From a virus (lineage: Duplodnaviria > Caudoviricetes), in the IMG/VR virus record IMGVR_UViG_3300037237_000156, positions 1-30,125 of that record: DNA of 30,125 nucleotides, one strand, 5' to 3'. Both the position numbers and the translations under genes were made by a program. Below, piece by piece: positions 17,375 to 26,334 of this stretch (position 1 is the stretch's first letter; every line of letters starts with the position of its first letter). Under the pieces are notes generated by a model. The model saw nothing but the letters and a program-made list of their open reading frames with translations. It made no database searches and had not been told where the DNA came from.

Positions 17375-17406
17375 AACAGCTCCGCTCACCGCGGGGCTGT
17401 TCTTTT
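17375..17406 (+). terminator. Intrinsic terminator after the tape measure gene
   Basis: AACAGCTCCGC-TCACC-GCGGGGCTGTT followed by CTTTT. Confidence 0.7.
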
Positions 17407-17420
17407 GGGGGAGATCTCCG

Positions 17421-20156
17421 ATGAAACGCTGGATTCCTGGCGCGCTCGCCGCGCTGCTGCTGCTGCCGTGCGCCCTCGCGCAGACGGGCTACGTGACGAT
17501 GACGGCGGCCAATCTGATCGACCAGAGCGGCGGCGGAGCCACGATCACGAATGCGACGGCGACGTTCTGTCTCGTGAATGCCGGCGGCACGCCGATCGGC
17601 GTGCATATCGGTTCGAGCTCCGGCGGCCAGGCCGCGCCCCGCTGTTCGTCGGGCCCGGTGAATAACGGCGCGCTGGTTGGGACGTGGCAGGCGGCCGACC
17701 CCACCGCCGCGGGCACGAATCTGGTACCGGACCCGATCCTGACGAGTTGGACGACGTGGTCGAATCCTGGGGCGGGCTGGAGCATTCAGCCAGGCTCGGT
17801 AGGGCTGGCGGGCGTCAATTTCTTCCAGTTAAACACGTCCGCGAATGGCACGAACGCGTATTCGCAGTCTGCTGCGATTACGGTGGTTCCAGGGCAGACC
17901 TATACGTTCACGGGGTATATGAACGCCCTTGATGTCACTGCTGGCAGCTTGTATTGGCAGGTGTGGGCCGAAGGTTCGGGGACGCAGTTGGGCGCGGTTG
18001 CGGCCACGCTGGGTGCGGTGGGGGGTTATTACACTGTCCAGTTCACTGTGCCGAGCGGGGTGACATCCGTTCTGGTGCGAGCCGTGATCAACTCGCTGGC
18101 GATTACGTCCGGTAACACCGCCGCATTCGCGGCACCGCTGCTGCAGGCCGGCAGCGCGCGGCTCGTCGATACCAACCTCAGCAACCCGCAGAATCCCTGC
18201 TATCAACTCACGGTCACCGACAACACCAGCGGCAGCGTCCTGCTGGGCGGACCGGGATCCGGGTACAGTTGCCTGCAGCCGCAATGGACGGAAAGCTCGC
18301 CGATGAGCTGCGTCGCCGGCCTCTGCAACCTTGACAGCTATATCCCGACGACTACGCCCGGGGTGATGATCGGGCTCGCCGGGCCAGTGGGTCCCACAGG
18401 GGCCACAGGGGCAACGGGGGCGACTGGAGCGACTGGGCTATCCGGCTCTGTCTCCGCTGCGGGGTCGGCTGGAACTGTGCAAACATCCAACGGCGCGGGC
18501 GGATTAAGTGCGGCAACGGTTGCGAACCTGGGCGCGGCTCTCTCCGATTCGAACGGGAATTATGTCCTGAATCGCTCTCCGACGTGGCCGATTAACAGCC
18601 TTCAGTCCGGGGCGGTGCTTCTCGGTGGCGCGTGCCCGCTGTATGGCAGCGGATCGCCAACGGCTGCCCAGGAAGGCGTGATTTGTATTGGTTGGCAGGC
18701 GGGGCAAAACCTGCTCTATGCCAACGGGAGTGTGTACATCGGCAATGATGCCGGGCAGTTTAAGGTAGGCTCAGCAAGCCTGGGCGGTGAAGATGGCAAC
18801 ATGACCTGCGTAGGTTCCTTCGCCTGTCAGGCGGACACTACCGGCGCAGAAGACGTTGTGTACGGGATGAAAGCCTATGAATTCGGCACGGGTGAGAACA
18901 GCAGCGTAATCATCGGAAACCACAACTACTACGAAGGCGGCGGGACCGATAACATCGACATAGGTTCGACGATTGCAGACTGGGCCAACACAGCCGGTAC
19001 AAACACTACATTCCTGGGAGGCACGAACAACGTCAACCTGGGTTCCCAGCTGTTTGCGGCCACCGGCCTGACCCCGAGTACAACCTATGTCGAGACGCAA
19101 TCGACGGTTGTAGGGTCCGGCGCGGGAGGCTGCCTCTTTAACACGGGTCCCAATCTTCTGTTGGGCGCTGGCGTGGCTGGGCCAGACAACGCCAGCGGTC
19201 TAGGTTCCCCATATCCGTGCACGGGCACACTGCCAACTGCACAGTACAACATCTTCATCCAGCCCGGGCCGAATGGGACAAACCCTAATGTAGGGCATTC
19301 CATCACAACAGGGTCCGCCAACATCGCGATGGGAACCGGCGGTACCTCAAACCCCTGGGGCGTCCCCGGTTCAGCACTGACGAGTGGCAACGGAAATACG
19401 ATCCTTGCCGCCGGAGCTGGGGCAAATGCCACGACAGCGAGCTGGCTGTCTTTGTATGGCATGGAAGCAGGGAGTGCACTGACCACGCCCAGCGGCATCA
19501 GTGCTTTCGGCGCGTGGGCACTCTATCGCTTGCAGACGGGCACACAGGACAGCGCCTTTGGGTTCCACGCCTGTGATGCGGCCACGGGCAGCGAGTCGCA
19601 GGATACCTGCCTTGGTGACACTGCCAATATTGTGGCAGGAGCGTCCAGGGCAACGGTGATTGGCCAGGCGGCCACAGCTGCGTATCAGAGCCTGGTCCTG
19701 GGGTACAGTGCATCAGACGCGGGCAGCAACGGTACCAATGTTGTGATCGGATATTATGCCGCGTGCACAGGTTCCGGTGAGCAATACAACACCATCCTGG
19801 GTGGCTCCTGCTCGGGCACTGGGACACAATATTCCCTCGCTTTAGGCTCTCATTCGGTTGTAGCAGCATCCGATGCTACGGAGATCAATGACAGTGGAGC
19901 TACAGCCACCAACAGCACCCAGCACACGCTCCAGTATGACTCGTGGAATTTTCTGACGAGCAGCGGAGCAGCCACCTTTCTAACTGCCACGATCACCGGG
20001 GCCGCGCCCAGCGTCACCACGGGGCAGCTTGGCATCGGCAGCAGCACGGTCACGACGGCGACAGCGGGAGCCGCCACGCTGCCCGCTAACCCACTAGGCT
20101 TTTTAACCTGGAATCTCGCCGGTACCGCCGTCAAGGTTCCGTACTACAGCAACTAA
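17421..20156 (+). CDS. Signal-peptide-bearing fibre/adhesin-like protein 1 (911 aa): CBM-like insert, short collagen, beta-solenoid repeats
   Basis: GGGGAG SD; [20 protein letters not shown]|Q; 9 Gly-X-Y triplets at 18372-18452; repeated (V/I)x(I/V)GxxA units; C-terminus LPANPLGFL.WNLAGT.VKVPYY. Confidence 0.82.
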   Translation: MKRWIPGALAALLLLPCALAQTGYVTMTAANLIDQSGGGATITNATATFCLVNAGGTPIGVHIGSSSGGQAAPRCSSGPVNNGALVGTWQAADPTAAGTNLVPDPILTSWTTWSNPGAGWSIQPGSVGLAGVNFFQLNTSANGTNAYSQSAAITVVPGQTYTFTGYMNALDVTAGSLYWQVWAEGSGTQLGAVAATLGAVGGYYTVQFTVPSGVTSVLVRAVINSLAITSGNTAAFAAPLLQAGSARLVDTNLSNPQNPCYQLTVTDNTSGSVLLGGPGSGYSCLQPQWTESSPMSCVAGLCNLDSYIPTTTPGVMIGLAGPVGPTGATGATGATGATGLSGSVSAAGSAGTVQTSNGAGGLSAATVANLGAALSDSNGNYVLNRSPTWPINSLQSGAVLLGGACPLYGSGSPTAAQEGVICIGWQAGQNLLYANGSVYIGNDAGQFKVGSASLGGEDGNMTCVGSFACQADTTGAEDVVYGMKAYEFGTGENSSVIIGNHNYYEGGGTDNIDIGSTIADWANTAGTNTTFLGGTNNVNLGSQLFAATGLTPSTTYVETQSTVVGSGAGGCLFNTGPNLLLGAGVAGPDNASGLGSPYPCTGTLPTAQYNIFIQPGPNGTNPNVGHSITTGSANIAMGTGGTSNPWGVPGSALTSGNGNTILAAGAGANATTASWLSLYGMEAGSALTTPSGISAFGAWALYRLQTGTQDSAFGFHACDAATGSESQDTCLGDTANIVAGASRATVIGQAATAAYQSLVLGYSASDAGSNGTNVVIGYYAACTGSGEQYNTILGGSCSGTGTQYSLALGSHSVVAASDATEINDSGATATNSTQHTLQYDSWNFLTSSGAATFLTATITGAAPSVTTGQLGIGSSTVTTATAGAATLPANPLGFLTWNLAGTAVKVPYYSN

Positions 20157-20168
20157 GAGGAGACACAA

Positions 20169-20555
20169 ATGAGGTACTTTCTTTATGCACTGCTGTTGAG
20201 TGCGGCCACACTTGCCGGAGCCCAGGTCAAGGGCACTATCGATTTCACACAGCCGCTGCACGGGCTAGACGGTAAGCCGATCCTGCTCACAGCGGAAAAG
20301 AACTCGCCCGCTGCTACGCTGGGCGATGTGGCGGTGAACGCGCTCGAATCGGTGACCGATCAGGACCGTGGCCTTACCGGACAGGTGAAGTTTCAGCGTG
20401 ACGAGCTGGCGCGCCACATCTATGGCAACAAGCACGCCGTGCTGTCCATCGAAGATGTATCGCTCATCAAGGACCGCATCGGCCAGGTCTATGGACCGCT
20501 GGTGGTGGGCGCGGCGTGGCCCCTGCTCGATCCAAGCATGAAGGCGGAGAATTAG
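20169..20555 (+). CDS. Signal-peptide-bearing putative fibre assembly chaperone
   Basis: GAGGAG SD; MRYFLYALLLSAATLAGA|Q; mature part IDF..L..LDG...TLG.VAVNAL...K..R..LA..I...LIK.RIG..YGPLVVG.AW.LLD resembles small proteins found downstream of phage fibre genes. Confidence 0.65.
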   Translation: MRYFLYALLLSAATLAGAQVKGTIDFTQPLHGLDGKPILLTAEKNSPAATLGDVAVNALESVTDQDRGLTGQVKFQRDELARHIYGNKHAVLSIEDVSLIKDRIGQVYGPLVVGAAWPLLDPSMKAEN

Positions 20556-20559
20556 CGGC

Positions 20560-20885
20560 GCAGCCAGCTGCAATTGATTGCAGAAAACCCGATGGTGGCA
20601 CCAGCACTTCGCTCGGATCGGTGACGCCCACCGGAATTACGCATACTGGCTTGACCCTCACAGGATCATGGAACGCAAACGACTATATCGGCATGGAGGT
20701 TACATCGGGAACCTGCACGGCGTTTCAGGCCAGCCCGGAGTCTGCTCAACCAGGTCACCGCCTACGTTTCAGACTCGACTGCCTGCACGAGCGGCACGAC
20801 CTACACCTCCGGCGGATCGACAGCCTGCAAGGTCCTCTGCACGGGTGGCAACTGGGTCGAAACCGGCTACGGATACCCGTACTAA
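20560..20885 (+). pseudogene. Relic fragments of fibre-like C-terminal domains in two frames
   Basis: Frame A: TSLGSVTPTGITHTGLTLTGSWNANDYIGMEVTSGTCTAFQA; frame B from 20742: LLNQVTAYVSDSTACTSGTTYTSGGSTACKVLCTGGNWVETGYGYPY-stop (TAA 20883-20885); no start or SD. Confidence 0.6.
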
Positions 20886-20906
20886 CAACCGCACAAAAGG
20901 CCATCC

Positions 20907-21548
20907 ATGCAGACCATCACCATCAACGGAACCAGCTACGGGCTGGTGACGATGCCGGCGTCGCCGGGTCCGGCCGACATCGAGATCGGCTGGAACGATC
21001 TCGTCACCCTCATGGCGTCGCCCTACACGCTGCAGCAGCAGGTGCTGCAGTGGCCTGGCGCCGACTGGTGGGATGCGAAGATCACCCTGCCGCCAATGGC
21101 GACGGCCAAAGCGGCGCCCTGGGAGGCCTTCCTCGCCGAGCTGCGCGGCCCGTTGAACGTCTTCAAGCTCGCCGATCCGCGCCACATGAAGCCGTTGGGG
21201 TCCGCCCTCGGCGTGCCGAAGATCGACAGCGGCACCTATGCGGCGACGACGTCGACGATCGGCACGACTGGCTGGCAACCCGATCAGGCGCGCGTTCTGT
21301 TGCGCGGCGATCGCTTCCAGCTCGGCTACCGCCTGCATATGGTGGTGGATTCCGATGTCAGCTCCGACAACAGCGGCGCCGCGACCATCTCCATCTGGCC
21401 TTCGCTGCGCGAGGCGCCGAGCGCCGGCGAAGCGCTGATCCTGAAGTGTCCGAAGGGACTGTTTCGCCTGCCGCAGGGACGCCGCTCGCTGCAGGCTTCG
21501 CCGCGCCGGCTGACCACGCTCGGCTTTGCGGCGCTGGAAGTGAGGTAA
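20907..21548 (+). CDS. Distal tail (Dit-like)/minor tail protein
   Basis: SPYT..QQV..WPG..W.A.ITLPP, WEAFL..LRG..N.F, IWPSLR, PKGLFRL. Confidence 0.8.
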   Translation: MQTITINGTSYGLVTMPASPGPADIEIGWNDLVTLMASPYTLQQQVLQWPGADWWDAKITLPPMATAKAAPWEAFLAELRGPLNVFKLADPRHMKPLGSALGVPKIDSGTYAATTSTIGTTGWQPDQARVLLRGDRFQLGYRLHMVVDSDVSSDNSGAATISIWPSLREAPSAGEALILKCPKGLFRLPQGRRSLQASPRRLTTLGFAALEVR

Positions 21549-21549
21549 G

Positions 21550-22113
21550 ATGCCCCGCGATCTCGATGCAACCCTGGCCGCCGACATGGCGGGGCCCAGC
21601 TTTGCTCCGGTCGTGCTGGCGCAGTTCGGCTTCCGCTCGCAGACCATCGGCGCATGGAGCGGCCCGGGCACGCTGACATGGAACGGGATGACCTTTCTGG
21701 GCATCGGTACGCTGGGCAAAATCGGCCCGATCGGCTCCGGCACGGCCGAGGTGATGGAAAACGCGGCCTACGTCGAGATGTCCGGGATCGACGAGACGAT
21801 GCTGGGCGAAGCACTGACGGACTGCCAGCCCAATGGCCCGGTGAAGATCTGGATGGGCTCGTGGCAGAATGGCGCGCTGCACGGCACGCCGTATCTGCTG
21901 TGGCAGGGCACCATGGGGCAGCCGCAGGCGGTTCCCGATCCGGGTAAGTTCACCCTCCGGCTGGGGCTGCAAACGAAGATGGCGCAGCTCTCGCGCCCCA
22001 CCTGCCGGCGCTATACGGCAGCGGATCAGCGGCTCTACTACCCCGACGACTCGGCCTTCAACTGCGTCGAAATCCTCAACGACATTGCTCTGATCTGGGG
22101 CCAGGCGACCTAA
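21550..22113 (+). CDS. Minor tail/baseplate hub protein
   Basis: WSG.GTLTWNG.TFLG.G.LG.I, RRYT.ADQ...YPDD..F, L.WG C-terminus. Confidence 0.82.
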   Translation: MPRDLDATLAADMAGPSFAPVVLAQFGFRSQTIGAWSGPGTLTWNGMTFLGIGTLGKIGPIGSGTAEVMENAAYVEMSGIDETMLGEALTDCQPNGPVKIWMGSWQNGALHGTPYLLWQGTMGQPQAVPDPGKFTLRLGLQTKMAQLSRPTCRRYTAADQRLYYPDDSAFNCVEILNDIALIWGQAT

Positions 22114-22118
22114 ACAAG

Positions 22119-22628
22119 ATGACCTCTCCCGTTGTTGCGAACGCGCATGCAGCCAGCGCGGCGAAGAAACTGGTGCGCGCCGAGCACTGGGCAACGCGCG
22201 CGTACCACACTTTTCTGGTCGAGCGCGCGCGGCAGCCGTTTGCCTGGGGCACGAACGACTGCGCCACCTTTGCCGCCGACGGTATCCTCGCGCTCACCGG
22301 CGTCGACATTGCCGCCGACTTCCGCGGAAAGTACACCGACGAGACCTCGGCGCTGTCTGCGATCCGCGCGATCGCCGGCGGGGCGACGATTGCGGACGCG
22401 GCGGCATGGTGCGCGGCGAAGTTTGGGCTGCCGGAGTGGAAGTATCCGCTGCTGGCGCAGCGCGGCGACCTGGTTGTGTTCACAGCGCCTGCGGAGGAGG
22501 GACAGCCGCAGCTGCAGTCCGGGCTCATCCACCTGACGGGCGCGCACGTCGTGGCGCCGGGCGCGAAGGGCTGGCACCTGATGCTGATCGGCAAACACGC
22601 GCAAATCGTAAGGAGCTGGCATGTCTAA
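22119..22628 (+). CDS. NlpC/P60-like (DUF6950-like) tail assembly protein
   Basis: PFAWGTNDCATFAAD.I.ALTGVD, FRGKY, AQRGDLV. Confidence 0.82.
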   Translation: MTSPVVANAHAASAAKKLVRAEHWATRAYHTFLVERARQPFAWGTNDCATFAADGILALTGVDIAADFRGKYTDETSALSAIRAIAGGATIADAAAWCAAKFGLPEWKYPLLAQRGDLVVFTAPAEEGQPQLQSGLIHLTGAHVVAPGAKGWHLMLIGKHAQIVRSWHV

Positions 22629-25600
22629 GGCTCTGGCCGGCGCCTCCATGCTCGGCGCGGACGCGGCCCTGTGGGGGATCGCGACCGTGATGTCCGGGGG
22701 CTTCGCCGCGGCCATGGCGCCCTTCGTGAACGCGCTGGTTACGCCGCTGCTCGCCGGCGGCGTCAGCATGGAGGCGGGCGCGATCGCGCAGGCGCTGACG
22801 CAGCAGCGCGGCATGAACATCACCACGCGGCAGCCGGCGCAGTACCGCCAGATCGTGTACGGCACGCAGCGCGTGGGCGGCGTGATCGTCTACCAGTCGA
22901 CCACCGGCGGCAAGCATGACCAGTTCAACATGGTCATCGTTCTGGCGACGCATGTGATCGAGGCCATCGAGAACCTCTATCTGGACGGCCGTCAGGTGTT
23001 CTGGAACTCCGGCACCGGCAACACCACGCGGAACGGCTACAACTTCGGCGGATCCGCGGCGACCGGCGGCGGCATCGACGGCGACGGCACCTACATCGGG
23101 CCCAACGGACAGCACTACAACTTCGGGACGCTGGTCTACTGCGAGGCGCGCTTCGGCGACCAGGCGCAGGACGATGTGATTGGCGCCCTGACGGCCAACG
23201 ACATCGCCTGGGCCACCGGCGCGGCGGGCTCGCCCTGGCTGGGCGGCTGCGCCTATGTCTACCTGAAGGTCGAATACGACGCGGCGATGTTCCCGCAGTT
23301 TCCTGAGATTCGGTTCACGCAGCACGGCAAGAACGACATCTACGATCCGCGCACCGGGCTCTCCGGCTACAGCAGCAACGCCGCCCTCATCGTCAACGAC
23401 ATCCTGAGCGGGCCCACCTTGGGCCTGGGCGATACGACGGTCAACCAGGCGCAGCTGATCGCCGCGGCCAACGTCTGCGACGAGACGCTCGCCTGCGCCC
23501 CGACGACGGCGTATCCGGCGGGATCGCTGACCGAGGCGCGCTATGCGGCGGCATGGCACTACGACACCTCGACGCCGCCGGGCGAGGCGATCAAGGTTTT
23601 TCTGCAGGCGATGGACGGCCGCCTGTCGCGCACCGGCGGCGAGTGGTTCCTCTGGCCGGCGTACTATCAGGGTCCGACAGCGACCCTCGATGAGAACATC
23701 CTGCTGGCGCCCCCGGAATGGCTGCCTTATCGCGAGCCGGACAAGCTGATCAACCGGGTCAACGGCACGTACATCGCGCCGAACTACCCGTACAACATCG
23801 CCGGAGACCTCTACGACGCCAATGGCTGGTATGACGGCTCGATCCAGAACAACTTCCCCTTCGCTTTTCAGCCGACGAATTTCCCGCAATACGCGGCGGA
23901 TTATCTGCACGGCTACGCCAGCGACGACTACCTGAATCAGGACTCGGGAGCTGTCAGCAGCTGGAGCTCGACGGCGGCCTACGCGGTGGGCGATGTGGTG
24001 CTCTACGGCACCGGGACCTCGCAGATCTATCGCGCGATCGCCGCGAGCACCAGCGTCGCGCCCTTCTCCGCCGCCGTGATCTGGAACCCGCTCACCGCCT
24101 ATACCACGGGCGCGCAGGTGAGCTGCAACGGCACGCTCTACACGGCGCTGGCCGCGAGCACGGGAGCCGCGCCGGGGACCTCGCCCAGCGACTGGCAGCC
24201 GGCGCCATGGATTCCCTACAGCAACCAGCTGCCGCTCGAGCTGGAGCTCAAGGCGGTGCTCTCCGTCTCCCAGGCGCAGCGGCTGGCCAAGATCGAGTTG
24301 CTGCGCAACCGCTGGCAGGGCACGGGCTCGCTGAAGATGAAGATCGCGGGCTACGCGCTGCAGGCGATGGACACCTTCACGCAAAACTTTACGCCGTTCG
24401 GCTGGACGGGCAAGCTGCTCGAGGTGGCCGGCGAGCCGCAGTGGGCCCTCGAGGGCGGCGAGGTTGACAACGACGGCAAAGTGCAGTCGCCGCCGCAACT
24501 GACGGTGACGGTGCCTGTGGCGGAGACCGATACCACGGTGTACGAATGGTCGATCAGCGAGGAACTCACCGTCTACGACGTGCCCACCACGGTGAATCAG
24601 GCGCCTTACATCCCTGCGGCGCCAACGGCCATGTCCTGCACCTCGGGCGCGTCGACCGCCGTGCAGGGCGCGGACGGCGTGGTGATCCCGCGGGTGCTGG
24701 TGGAGTGGACCGATCCGCTGGACGTGTACGTCACCCAGATTCAGGTGCAGTACCGGCTGAACGGGACGACGCAGTGGATCCAGTCGCAGAACGTCGCCGT
24801 GGGGCTGGGGCAGGCCTACGTGACCGGCGTGGTGTCGGGGCTGGCTTATGACTTCCAGATCCGCTCGCTGCGCGCCAACGGCGCGACATCGGCCTGGACG
24901 CAGCAGCTGAATTACACGGTGAGCCTGTCGCTTTCCGTCTCCAGCACCAGCGGGCAGCCGGTCGCGCCCGCGGGCACGCTGGTGGCGCAGGCGCTTTCCG
25001 GTGGCGGCGCGCAGATTTTAGTCGCGGCCTTCAGCTGGACTCCCGCCGGCACGACGCTTTATTTCACGCCCAGCCCTTCCACGATCACCGGGCTGGCGCA
25101 GGGCCAGACGTACTACGTGTACTTCGTCGATCCGAGCTTCGCCGGCGGCACGATCGTGCCGATCGCCACGCAGAATGTAGCCGACTTCCAGAACAAGATC
25201 GGCTATCTGCTCATCGGAACGATCATGACGCCGACCTACACGCCGCTCTATCGGCCGACGAGCTTCAGCGATGTCGGCGCCCAGACGAGCCTGGGCCCGG
25301 CATACGCTTACGACGGCAACATCTTGACCTCGGCGCTGGTTTCCGGAAACTGGAGCTATTTCTACTCCACGATGGAAACCTATCTCGGTGACTGCATCTG
25401 GAGCGGTTTCCCGGCCATCGCGCTGGCCGCCGCGGCGAACCTGAACGTGACGCTGCAGCCGCTGGGTCCGGGCGGGTCGAGCGGGACCACCGGCGCCATC
25501 ACCGTGATCGCGCATGTGGGCGGAACGTCGACGACGCTGGGCACCTTCACGGGCGCTGCCGCGACGCAGACGCTGCAGCTGAGCCTGCCCTCGGGAACGA

Positions 25601-25710
25601 ATCTGGGCACGGTGAGCCTTGAAGTGCAGGCGCAGTCGACGAATGCATCGCCGCCGGCGAACGGAACGGGCAATGAAGCGGTCTACGTGTACGAGATCTG
25701 GGTGCAATAG
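22621..25710 (+). CDS. Tail tip/central fibre (host-specificity gpJ-like) protein with CBM5/12-like repeats and an FN3 domain
   Basis: RQIVYGTQRVGG, GCAYVY, IYDPRTG..YSSNAAL, IAAANVCDE, QAQRLAKIELLRNR; FN3-like V.W...YDFQIRS...S.W. Confidence 0.92.
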   Translation: MSKALAGASMLGADAALWGIATVMSGGFAAAMAPFVNALVTPLLAGGVSMEAGAIAQALTQQRGMNITTRQPAQYRQIVYGTQRVGGVIVYQSTTGGKHDQFNMVIVLATHVIEAIENLYLDGRQVFWNSGTGNTTRNGYNFGGSAATGGGIDGDGTYIGPNGQHYNFGTLVYCEARFGDQAQDDVIGALTANDIAWATGAAGSPWLGGCAYVYLKVEYDAAMFPQFPEIRFTQHGKNDIYDPRTGLSGYSSNAALIVNDILSGPTLGLGDTTVNQAQLIAAANVCDETLACAPTTAYPAGSLTEARYAAAWHYDTSTPPGEAIKVFLQAMDGRLSRTGGEWFLWPAYYQGPTATLDENILLAPPEWLPYREPDKLINRVNGTYIAPNYPYNIAGDLYDANGWYDGSIQNNFPFAFQPTNFPQYAADYLHGYASDDYLNQDSGAVSSWSSTAAYAVGDVVLYGTGTSQIYRAIAASTSVAPFSAAVIWNPLTAYTTGAQVSCNGTLYTALAASTGAAPGTSPSDWQPAPWIPYSNQLPLELELKAVLSVSQAQRLAKIELLRNRWQGTGSLKMKIAGYALQAMDTFTQNFTPFGWTGKLLEVAGEPQWALEGGEVDNDGKVQSPPQLTVTVPVAETDTTVYEWSISEELTVYDVPTTVNQAPYIPAAPTAMSCTSGASTAVQGADGVVIPRVLVEWTDPLDVYVTQIQVQYRLNGTTQWIQSQNVAVGLGQAYVTGVVSGLAYDFQIRSLRANGATSAWTQQLNYTVSLSLSVSSTSGQPVAPAGTLVAQALSGGGAQILVAAFSWTPAGTTLYFTPSPSTITGLAQGQTYYVYFVDPSFAGGTIVPIATQNVADFQNKIGYLLIGTIMTPTYTPLYRPTSFSDVGAQTSLGPAYAYDGNILTSALVSGNWSYFYSTMETYLGDCIWSGFPAIALAAAANLNVTLQPLGPGGSSGTTGAITVIAHVGGTSTTLGTFTGAAATQTLQLSLPSGTNLGTVSLEVQAQSTNASPPANGTGNEAVYVYEIWVQ

Positions 25711-26040
25711 GTGATTGGGTACGTGCAGGAGATTCCGCAGCCGCGCGATCTGACGGCAATCGAGTTATGGGGCGAGGAGGAACGTATGCAGACGAACCTG
25801 AAAGCGGTGCTGATTGCGCCGGAGACCATCGAACAGTGGCTGACCGAGGGGAGCCGGCGGGCCTTCAAGGTGACCACCGGGCTGCCCGCCGGCGCCGCGC
25901 TGATGCGGATCGACCGCTGGGACGGCCGAACCTTTCGCGCAATCTTCCATCACCCGTCGTTTCCGCTCGCCGATCCGTTCGGCGAGATCGAGCTGCTCGA
26001 TGTGCGGCTGCAGGATCTCTCGCTGGCCGCGAGCAGCTGA
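25711..26040 (+). CDS. Hypothetical protein (paralog of 10025..10330)
   Basis: GAGGAGG SD favours ATG 25786; IAPE...FKV..GLPAG...HPSF pattern. Confidence 0.7.
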   Translation: MIGYVQEIPQPRDLTAIELWGEEERMQTNLKAVLIAPETIEQWLTEGSRRAFKVTTGLPAGAALMRIDRWDGRTFRAIFHHPSFPLADPFGEIELLDVRLQDLSLAASS

Positions 26041-26046
26041 GGCAGC

Positions 26047-26295
26047 ATGACGCTGGCCGAAGCACAGGCGCGCGTGTGCAGTTACGAGCGCTTTCTCCTG
26101 AAGGCAATCGAAGGCGCCGACAAGAAGGAGCAGCGCTGGTGGGCATCGCGGCTGCTGGCGGCCGAAGGCGAACGGGCACGGATTCTATGCTGCCGCAACG
26201 AGCATCCGGACCGGCTTCGCGGGGTGCATCGAGCCCGCGCGCGCTACGCCAGAAAGGCGCCTGAGCCATGGTCCTGGATGACGGTCATGGACTGA
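26047..26295 (+). CDS. Hypothetical protein
   Basis: GAGG SD; fills the gap between co-oriented genes. Confidence 0.5.
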   Translation: MTLAEAQARVCSYERFLLKAIEGADKKEQRWWASRLLAAEGERARILCCRNEHPDRLRGVHRARARYARKAPEPWSWMTVMD

Positions 26296-26334
26296 AGAGG
26301 AGGAAGGGCGATGAGGAACATCAGGGAGGTTTCG

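Noticed and set aside
17307-17420. GTG 17307 as the start of fibre 1
   Set aside because: Runs through a terminator hairpin; ATG 17421 has an SD and matches the paralog start
20556-20906. DGR template repeat or invertible shufflon
   Set aside because: No adenine-variant copy in any fibre 3' end, no reverse transcriptase in the window, and no inverted recombination sites seen
3478-24498. Long antisense ORFs (e.g. 3478..5145, 7982..9421, 15880..17376, 22525..24498)
   Set aside because: Shadow frames of high-GC3 genes on the opposite strand; no motifs or SD signals
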